The translations under genes and the position numbers were made by a program. The notes under the pieces are model-generated. The model saw only the letters and a list, made by a program, of their open reading frames with translations. It was not told the origin of the DNA and ran no database searches. A stretch of DNA of 58,620 bases, counting the filler, from Dugesia japonica (lineage: Eukaryota), in the NCBI GenBank assembly GCA_001938525.1. It is 5 parts of 5 records of this genome, joined end to end, with 100 filler letters (N's around TTAATTAATTAA, not from the genome) between each part and the next. Parts side by side here need not be neighbours in the genome. Positions count along the whole stretch, not along the records: positions 33,123 to 49,485 come from MQRL01581765.1; positions 49,586 to 58,620 come from MQRL01603069.1; 3 more parts are not named here. One strand, given 5' to 3'. Below, in pieces: positions 48,791 to 58,620 of this stretch (position 1 is its first letter; each line of letters starts with the position of its first letter).

Positions 48791-49485
48791 GTAAGCTTTC
48801 GAATTAACATTTATTGGTCAAATTAAAATCAAAGTTAGCGTTTCCTTGGCCTGTGGGCTATCATGGTTTCTTTTCCACTCCTCGGACAAGAACGGCAGAA
48901 GACATTACTGTCTTCTCCCGCTCGAATCCCCATGGAGTTTTTAAGCAAAATTTTAATAACCGAATGAAATATTTTATTTAAAATAAAATTTTTCTTACAG
49001 CAAAATATCAAAATTGTCGTTCTTCTTGTAAAATGAGTTTGGTATGCTCATCGGATCATCAATATCACAACTTGAATTCATTAAAAAATTTATTCAAACA
49101 AAAACTATGCTTAACACTATTTGTTTAAAATAAAAGCTTCAATCAAAGTTTTTTGTTTTTATTGATAATTGATAAAAATTCGATATTTCGACTTTGTCTT
49201 CGTCAGGAATTGACTTTTTTATTTTAAATGAATTTTGTAAAACGATCAATGGTTATGTCCAACAATTATTCCCGCAATAATTGCAATAATTGTAAAACTA
49301 TTTGTTTAATCAAACAAATTAAAATCCCGTGTTTTTATTGGTTATCATTTTTTAAAATTTTAAATGAAATTTTTATTTATTTATTTAAAATTTAAGAAAA
49401 ATTTTCTATCACGTTAAAATTTCATTTATTAAAAATTTTACTTTATTATTCCATCTTCATTTTTGAAATTTTAAATCGAAACTTT

Positions 49486-49585
49486 NNNNNNNNNNNNNNN
49501 NNNNNNNNNNNNNNNNNNNNNNNNNNNNNTTAATTAATTAANNNNNNNNNNNNNNNNNNNNNNNNNNNNNNNNNNNNNNNNNNNN
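49486..49585. other. Artificial scaffold linker
   Basis: 44 N + TTAATTAATTAA + 44 N. Confidence 0.97.
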
Positions 49586-49679
49586 TGCATGCTTACCTCT
49601 CGATTATATGAATATAATCGTTTCTTTAATTTTTATTTATTTACTTATATGTCTCACAGGAACAAACATAAAATATTAC

Positions 49680-52600
49680 TATAAGGGTATTTTTTTCCAT
49701 CATATTCGAAATCCGTTGAAAAATTTCTGTTGAAATTAACAGACTCATCAAAATCTTTATATCCACTCGCTCCACAACAATTCAGCTAAAAAAAAACAAG
49801 TTAATTATAATTAAATTATATTATAAATAAATAAAGTTCTCTTTACAACAATATTAAGTATGTTCATAATGAAACTTTCTGGATTTTTTGACATAAATCC
49901 TTCGTATTTAGCAATCATTGGTTTCATTAACTTTGTAAAAATATCTTCAAACTATTTAAAATAAAATTAAATTTACGCTTTTAACAAATATATAAAATAT
50001 GCCTTAGTAGGATCTGCAACATAGATAATTACAGTAATGATTTGAATCAAAACAATGACCGATAATATCGTTATAAACTAAATATAAATGTTTTAAATAT
50101 TTTAAAAATACCAAAATATTTTTCAATATAAAAATCCATATTTTTTAAATATTTCAATTTTAAAAATTTTTAAAAATAAATAAATAATATTAATGATAAA
50201 ATATTCATATTAATATTATTATGTGTTTTTAATCACTCTAATTACTTTCAAAATTAGCTTTATTATCAATCTAGATTCTGTTGTTTCTAATAATAATGAG
50301 AATGTTTTATTTGTGATTGTAAGGATTTGTGTTTAATAATATTTTAATTTTTAGAAATTGTTTTGATAATATATTTTTGTTTATATATTGCAATTTTTGT
50401 TGAGCGGTTTTTTAAAGATGAGTAATTCTAATTTGGCAGAAATTAATATTTAGATCAAAGGAATTTTTAGAAGAAGCAGAAACCATCAAGCTATTTTATA
50501 TGAATAAACCTTTGGAAAATAATTGTAATTCAGTTATTGATATTAACTCTAACAGTGATATTTCCGTTTATTTATTTATTATTAATAAATAAAATTTTAA
50601 AAATAACTATTAAAATTATAATGTTTTTGATCAGATAATTAATTTTATGCTAACTAATTTTAGTTAACATCATTTTAATAAAACAAAGCAATTTGAACTA
50701 AATATATCATTAGAAGAAAATAATTAAATTTATTTTAAAATATTTGTAGTTAAAATTTTCAAAAATTTGTAATCCAATTCAGCCAAATAGTATAAATATA
50801 TTTTTAATTGCATTATTAGGAATTAAAATTATACAGATAAGTAAATATTAAAATTATAGACTTAAACCATGGCTGGCCAACCCAAATGATCTTAAGGGCT
50901 ACTTTGAAAATGCATCATAACTCCGCAGGCAGCATATAAAATCTATAGGCATTTTTTTGGAGTGAAAAGTTGTCACATTTCTTTCATCACTCTTTCACTT
51001 AGTTTTTGCAAATCGATCTCAAATTGTGTATTTGCACATCGTAATTGATGTTGCAGGTTAGCTTCCGTTATGTTTGAGCATGTTTTATGTTTGGTCAATT
51101 TCATTTTCAAAAATAATGATTCTCAGGTGTAAGTTGAACCAAAAACACAACATCCTTTGGTGCCAGATTTCTCAAATTGGAAAATTTCTCTTTTGTGACG
51201 TAAGTGTTATAGAAATCTATTTTTGATTCTGATGTTTCACAAATGTTTTTAAATTCAATATTGCACTGTAAATCAATCAGTTCTATTGGAAGATATTTGG
51301 GGGCCAACTCGGTTTCAACATGAAAAAAAGATGAATATATTTCAAATTTTTTTTGATTTTGTTTAACTCCAAATTACTGAATTGGCTTTGAAAAGCAGCT
51401 GTAAGTTTTATTATTTCATTTGCATATTTGATGTATTTGTTACATTTTGATTTCTTAACTTCTTTCAATAATGGAAAGTGGTGAACGTTTTTACTTTACA
51501 AGTGCGATTCAAAAAACAACAATTTCCTCTGAAATGCTTTGATATGATTAAATTCATTGATTATAAGGTTATCTTTTCCTTGCAATAATATATTAATTTG
51601 ATTGAGGTTTTCAACAATATCCAATTAAAACCATAACTCCAATAACCACTCATCCTTTCTTAATTCTGGCACAGGTCTTTGCTTGTCATTCATAAACAAG
51701 TCAATTTCTTCTCGTAACTCGTAAAATCGTTGTAAGGATCTTCCACAACTTAACCATCTGACTTTACTGAAGTATATAACATCACTATATTCGAAATCTA
51801 GTTCTTTCATGAACTCCCTAAACTCCGATGTGGAAGTGCATGTGATCGAATATAATTCAATCTTTTTAAAACTACTTACATAAGATAATCCATCGATAAT
51901 ACTTGGGCGCATAAATTTTGTTGATGAATCAAATAATGGATTAAATCTTCTCTTTTGGAGCGGTTACTAGTTTTGTTCTTCGGTTCTATTTTATTGATAA
52001 GTAATTTTATAGCTCCTTTTTTTATTTATTATAGCAACAATTCAATTAATTTGGTGAATGTTAATATACTTTAGTAAAGTCAGATGGTTACATTGTGGTA
52101 GATGTTTACAACGATTTTTTGAGTTATGAGAAGAAATTGACTTGTTTATGAATGACAAGCAAAGACCTGTGCCAGAATTAAGTAATGGTGAGTGGTATTT
52201 CTAAATCCACGTTGTTTTTGCATAAACAGTTTTCAACAGCATAGAAAACATTTTCTCCTGCTGTTGTACCTTTTAAACTTGATTTAACATTAAACACATG
52301 GGTGGCCAAAATGAGGCCCATCTTGAATTTATTTTTGGCCTGCGAGATTCATCACACTTTTCAAAAATATATTTATTTTATAATGGCCAAAGTAGTGAAA
52401 ACCAATGTGTGATGAACCATCACATGTTCATTAAAATCATTTAATAATTATAATAATAGTGTCATTAATTATTTATATTAAAGTATAGTATAAATATCAT
52501 TAAACACTACTAAATTTTAGTAGATAGAATAAGAAATTTAAATTATATAACTTGTGTTTAACCCTTTCACTCCCTGCGTATCCAATCGGATACACTTAAA

Positions 52601-54942
52601 TTTCCGAATAAACAGTAATGAGAAGGTTAGCATATTACATGTCATTTTAAAGGATTTAATAAGGTCAATCTTATGCACAAGTTGTTTTGATTTCAAATTG
52701 TTCACACAAAAAGTTATAAGTGTTTTAGTGAGCAGTAATGTAAAATGGAACACCTTTGTGTTTCCCTGAGTGCTTTAGAATTTATTATACAGTCCTAAAC
52801 TGTGAAAAATTAAGAAGTTTTAGTCGTAATTAAAGGCTCAACCAAATATTTTTGGTGCAGCATTACAGAAACTTTCCAATAATGTTAAGGCATGTTATTC
52901 TGTTTCATTTTTGAGTGCGAAAAATTGAAAAAATTTCCAAATGGTGAATTTGTGAAAGAATGTTTGGAAGCTGTTGTGAAGGATATTTTGTCTGATAAAA
53001 GTAAACTGTTTTCGAACGTAAGCCTATCTCGGCGAACAGTGTGTCGTCGAATTAATGACAGTTCAAATGAAATGTTCTTAAAACTTCGCGACAGAATTCG
53101 AGATTTCCAATATTTATCCTTGGTATTTGACGAAAGCACAGACCTTTTAAACTCAGCTCAGCTTGTAGTGTTCCATAACACAAGTTTTATGATTTTAATT
53201 TCTTATTCTATCTACTAAAATTTAGTAGTTTTTAATGATATTTATATTATACTTTAATATAAATAATTAATGACACTATTATTATAATTATAAAATGATT
53301 TTAATGAACATGTGATGGTTTATCACACATTGGTTTTCACTACTTTGGTCATTATAAAATAAATATATTTTTGAAAATTGTGATGAATCTCGTGGGCCTC
53401 ATGTTGCTCACCCATGACTTAGGAAATACTCGAAAGTGGTTAGTTTTATTGAATTTAATATTTTTCAATGTCAAAATTAATTTAAAATCATTTATAACTC
53501 TTAACATTTAGTAGGCTTTTATTAGTTAGTTTTAAATATTTACCTTTATTTGGATTGTAAGAAAGATCTCAGGCCATACGAAATTTTTAAAATATTATAG
53601 CATATCAAAATTTGTAATTAAAATAGTTTGGTCATTCATTTTGACATATCATCAAATTTCGACGTTGAAAATTTTAATTAAAATTGGTTTTATTTTATTT
53701 TTGACATTTCTTCAAATGTCAATTTTAAGATTATTGATTAAAATTAAATGTAATAAGTATATATTTTTTGTAAAATATATTATAGAAGATTTTAAAGATA
53801 AAAATATTTAATTAGATATTTTTAAAATATATATGAAAATATATTTTATGTATGCATAAATATTTAAATATCTTGAGGCGTGAGCTACTTTTAAAAACAT
53901 TTTTTCATTAAAATATTAATAAGAGTTAATTAGTTTGAATATTCTGAATATTCGTCTTTTTTAACTTTCAACAAAAACTAAAGCAATTTGCGATATTGTT
54001 AAACAAACTAAAATGGATAATTTCAATAATCAAAAAGATGTAAAATATAAAAATGATTTATTTATAGATCAATTAGTTCCTTTTCAATTAGCCATTAGCA
54101 AAACTAAAATCACTTATTTACAGCAGTGTTTCTAAAACAAAAACTAACCACTGATCAGTAAACTCTTAAGNGTTCTAGCGCAGACTGCTAATAATTGATA
54201 AACCTAGTTGTGTTATTCTAAATTGGAGCTACAATTATTTTATTTTGTTCATAACCTTAATAAATTTAATCATAAAAACTTAACTTTATATTAATAATTT
54301 TTGGCGTTTAATATGATTAAATAATGATAATTTATTGTATATTTAAGTAAAAATATTAATTTTAATACAATTTTTATTCCGTCCACTCTGTATTAATTTA
54401 AATTGATTTTTAACAAATTACTTACTTCTTTAGTTAAACCTTTTTGTTTGTTAGTAAAATAATTAAATATTTTTACAGACCACTTAATTTTTCATCAAAA
54501 ATTTATTAGGGTGATACATACATAAATCCAAGATAATGAATGATGACTTACATGTTATAAATGTGACGACTTGAGTTAAAAATATTTGTTTTGTATGTAA
54601 TTTTGTACTGACTAAAAACTATTGGAACACACTATCATTTCTTATAAACAAAAAAACATTGTTTAATAATTTGGTTTTTATTTGTTATTAGGAATTAAGT
54701 TTTAATTTTACGTTTTTCGTTTGTCACAAGCAAAGATTAGATTATAAATAACAAATTCGTACTGTCCAAAGTAAATATCTAACTAACGTTTTAATCTGTT
54801 GATATGATGATATAAATAACAGTAATCAATAGACATACCACAATAATTAGCACTTTTGATTTACAACAAACTGAAGACATTCCAATAATAGATATGATGA
54901 AAAATATCGCTCCTATTATAATCAACGCAATCGTAATAGAAC
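49680..54942 (-). CDS. Tetraspanin (internal exons; missed by the ORF track)
   Basis: Exons, joined in phase 0: 54839-54942 (IALIIIGAIFFIISIIGMSSVCCKSKVLIIV, TM2), 50003-50077 (FITILSVIVLIQIITVIIY, TM3), 49847-49951, and 49680-49785 (LNCCGASGYKDF, CCG motif). Confidence 0.85.
50868..53416 (-). mobile_element. Rearranged hAT (Buster/GTF2IRD2-like) transposon inside the tetraspanin intron
   Basis: Ends are CATGGCTGGCCAA (50868) and TTGCTCACCCATG (53416). Transposase pieces VRWLSCG, ELIDLQC and LKGTT lie on the minus strand; GEFVKEC..LSRRTV..DESTD lies on the plus strand (52920-53170). Confidence 0.9.
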
Positions 54943-57900
54943 CTGAATAAATGAAATTATAGTAAATATTGTGGAAATTGTGAATTTAAAGTTTCTAAAA
55001 TAATATTAAACATATTTAAATAATGTTTAAATAAATTACTTCATGGCCTTGTAATGTAAAAATTTTTTAATAAAATTTTGATATTAAACAAAGTTTCCAG
55101 TATAAATTCTGATTATAAATAAGTAAAAAAGTAAAATAATTAAAATATTAAATTAAAATTTTTATATTGCGAAACATTTTATTATACAAATCTCAGAAGA
55201 TAATTTTATCCTCAAATTTTATTTGAATATAATTTTTAAATTAAATATAAATCTTTTCGTGTTAAATATAAATTCTTCATTTATGATGAATCCAATAACA
55301 TTGTTAAAAAAATCCTAAATACACTGATTCAAAACCATTTCTATCTTCTACCGAGTAGAGTCTACTCCATAAATACACTTTTATATTTTTAAATAAGCCA
55401 TGAAGCTTTAAGAAACCTTAGAATTAGGATATTTATGAACTGCTCATAATAGAGAAGAAACATACTAAGAATATTTATCATAGTAACTATAATTTTAGAA
55501 ATTGTATGAATAATACGAGATTGGACGGTTGAGAATAAAATAATATGAAATCACAGCTATAATTGTAGGATCTTTTGAGTAATCGTTTTGAGAATTAATA
55601 CTAGATTAGTTAAATTATCAGTCAAAAAAGATTAATCTAATGACATTATTAATAAATGACTATTTATACTTAGACATCATCAGCTATCCTTTTGTCTTAA
55701 CTCTACAACCTTTTTATTTAAATTATTATTTTATTTAAACATTTGATTTGTATTTTCCACTATTTTCATTATTATTTTCTCATACTTTTATTCGGTTCTC
55801 TGTGTATTCTCAAATATTATTATTAGGTATTATTTTTAACATTTCACAGTTAAACGTTTTCTATACTTAAAGCTGTTCTATAAATGTGTTAGTAGACTAA
55901 AACTATTTTATATTATATTTTATACAGTCAACCATATAAATAGTTGCACATATATTTAATTTCTTCTAAACTTCAAGAGTAAAACATATATCTATGTTAA
56001 TAGATTAAAACGAGGTTTTATAAATTATAAGAAATGGAAATAAAGTAAATGAAGAAGATTTGATTAAAGAAGAAGCACCAAATTAAATTAATCAATAATT
56101 AAAAAAATTTCATTTTTTATTTTATACATGTTTTTCGTTTGTTTATGGAGCATGGATGAATTTATTTTTCTTTTGTTTTTATGCATTTCAAATTATTTCA
56201 TTATGGTGACCAACTATTAAATATCGTTGCCTAAATTTGTCGAGATAATGCCAATTTTTTTACGTCAAATTTGTTTAAAATTAAATGATCTAGTGAACTC
56301 ATTTCTATGCGATTCTTCGGCAATATGTAGTTTAAAGACTCTTCTAGTATTATTTGTATTCAAATTTTAAATTTAAAAAACAGTTTATTTTTAATTTTTT
56401 TAATGAAGATTTATCAGTAACTATTTTTTATTTAAATTTCTGTTAATAAAAGAATTATAATTATTAAATATTTTATATTTAATATTAAATAATTGTTAAA
56501 ATATTTTGAAAAAAAAATTTTTTTATTAAAAATTTATTTTCTATAGCAAAGATCAAAACGATGTTCTTCTATTTTCATAGATTGTTGAGTATTTTGGTTA
56601 TGGTTAGNNNNNNNNNNNNNNNNNNNNNNNNNNNNTTTTTTATGGTTTGCACTAAATAACCGAAAATATGTTCAATAAATTTTAAATTTAATGTTATAAT
56701 TATTGACCAATGAAAATTAATTTTAATCAGATTAATGAAAATTGTATTTTTATTTAAACGTTTTTAACCAGAATGAATTGATCAATAGTTCCTGAAGAAG
56801 GCATAGCCGGATTATTGAACCATCTATGAAAATTTTCAAAAAGTTAAAAATCGTAAATCATATAGATTTTNNNNNNNNNNNNNNNNNNNNNNNNNNNNNN
56901 NNNNNNNNNNNNNNNNNNNTTAAATCAAGTTTTCTATTTGTTCATTTAAGTTTTAGTTAAAAGAATCAGATGTATGACTCATTACAACTAAAAAATTATC
57001 GAATATTTTAAATTTATAATATTATATATTAAATATTAAAAAATACTTACATAAAATTTATATTTATTTACTGTAATAATGAATTAATAAAAATTTAATT
57101 TCCCGAATTTATTACGTGGAATCGATAATTGATTTTATGTAGAAAATATGAATAAATATCAATGTAATACATGGATTTGAATGTGCGTGTTTGTATTTGG
57201 ATATGTTTATCAAATTGATGTATCTGTTGATTGATTGTGTCCTCNNNNNNNNNNNNNNNNNNNNNNNNNNNNNNNNNNNNNNNNNNNNNNNNNNNNNNNN
57301 NNNNNNNNNNNNNNNNTCAATTTTGTCTTATATTTTTATTATAAACTTTATCATATAATTCAAATAACAGTTAACTTTTTTAAGCATCTAATGCAAATAC
57401 AATGATGTAATATATCTGCTTCGCGATTTAAACAGATCAAATTTTTTTTCCAGTTTGTTTATCTTAAGTCAACTAAAATGAAAACATTTAAAATCAAATA
57501 ATTCCACTAATCTATTTATTTTTATATTCATAATAAATTCATATATAAAATGCATAATAATATTTTATTAGATTCCAATTATAAAGATTGTTTTTGATTT
57601 TCATTTAAATTTATTTAATGTCATTTTAAATTACAAAGAAAATTAATTTAATTAAAATAAATCAGTTTTCTTTATTTTCAAATATTTCATTAAATAAAGT
57701 AATAACTTCGATCAAATTAAATTATTGTTTTATAGATATTCAACAAATTATCTTTTCTCAGAAATATCCTGAATTATATTCTTGGAGAAGGCAATTGTCG
57801 AAAATTTGAATATCTTTAAAAAACACAATTTAATTTGATCGAAGCTATTACTTTATTTTAATGAAATCTCAAATGCGATCAATGGTTAAATTTAACAATT

Positions 57901-58620
57901 ATTCTCGTAAAAAATTCTCACAATATATTTTTTCAAATAAAATTCTAAAATTTCTATGAAAGAATTAAACAATTTCTTCACCTTCTACTAGTCAAAAATG
58001 AATTTTCGAGTTTTTCTCATAAAATTTTTCAGTTGTAATAGTATTTACCATTTATAGTAAAAATAGATTTATTCAATGACATTTAAAAAATTTAGTTAAA
58101 ATTTTTTAGAGAAAAATTATCAATCCATCAGCATAATATTTTTGTATTTAAAAATTTCTTAATCATAATTTTTTAAATTATAAAAATTATTTTTTAAAAT
58201 TATATTTTATTGTTCGCTAATTTAAAATGAATTTCNAAATAAAAATTTTTCAGAATATATTTTTCTCGACATTTGTTTGCGTATTGGTGACACCAAAATG
58301 TTCATCTATCTGTTAGAAAATATCAAGTTTAAACACAATTACCATAGAAACTAGTAAATCGTATTACCGAATAAAATTAATATCTATAGAAAAAAACATT
58401 ATCAATCAATAAATTCCACATAAAATGAAAACAGCCAAATTTTATTATCTTTATAATTATATATAAAATTATTATTCTTTTTCATAATTAATTAAATATT
58501 TCATTTCAAATACGATTTCATTCTAATCTCAAATATTTGTGGAGTTTATTTTCAAATTTATTACTTTTTATTTCACTTTATATCAGCACGTTGCCGCAAT
58601 TCTTTTTTTACGAGATCTTG

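Noticed and set aside
48860-48940. HDV-like ribozyme (TCCTCG loop plus hairpin)
   Set aside because: P3 and P1 pairings cannot be formed around the loop.
52558-52600. piggyBac-like end TTAA-CCCTTT
   Set aside because: No matching opposite end or transposase was found.

Overview
This is very AT-rich, repeat-dense eukaryotic DNA with short spliceosomal introns (about 45-60 nt) and the standard genetic code. It is probably from an animal; I cannot name the species. The window is not contiguous. Four artificial 100-bp linkers (44 N + TTAATTAATTAA + 44 N) join five unrelated scaffolds: 1-14639, 14740-23848, 23949-33022, 33123-49485 and 49586-58620. Scaffold 1 holds a decayed Polinton/Maverick (adintovirus-type) virion module: double jelly-roll capsid, a phospholipase-A2 domain in frame with the rve integrase, a packaging ATPase and an adenovirus pX-like protein. 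Scaffold 2 holds a protein-primed PolB remnant. Around these sits a family of element ends reading AGTAG-N4-ATAGT(A/G)GC. One is a complete 318-bp MITE with a 6-bp TSD. Two ~1-kb homologous end regions each carry an internal 15-18 bp copy of their own terminal motif, and the two sites have changed together between copies. Other mobile DNA includes several decayed Gypsy elements, a small LTR element carrying an HTH gene instead of gag-pol, hAT and pogo remnants, and a foldback. Host-type genes are a Ser/Thr kinase, ubiquitin-like-domain genes, a CLASP/TOG-like protein, an OFA-type MFS transporter and a tetraspanin. All calls come from reading motifs by eye, without database searches.
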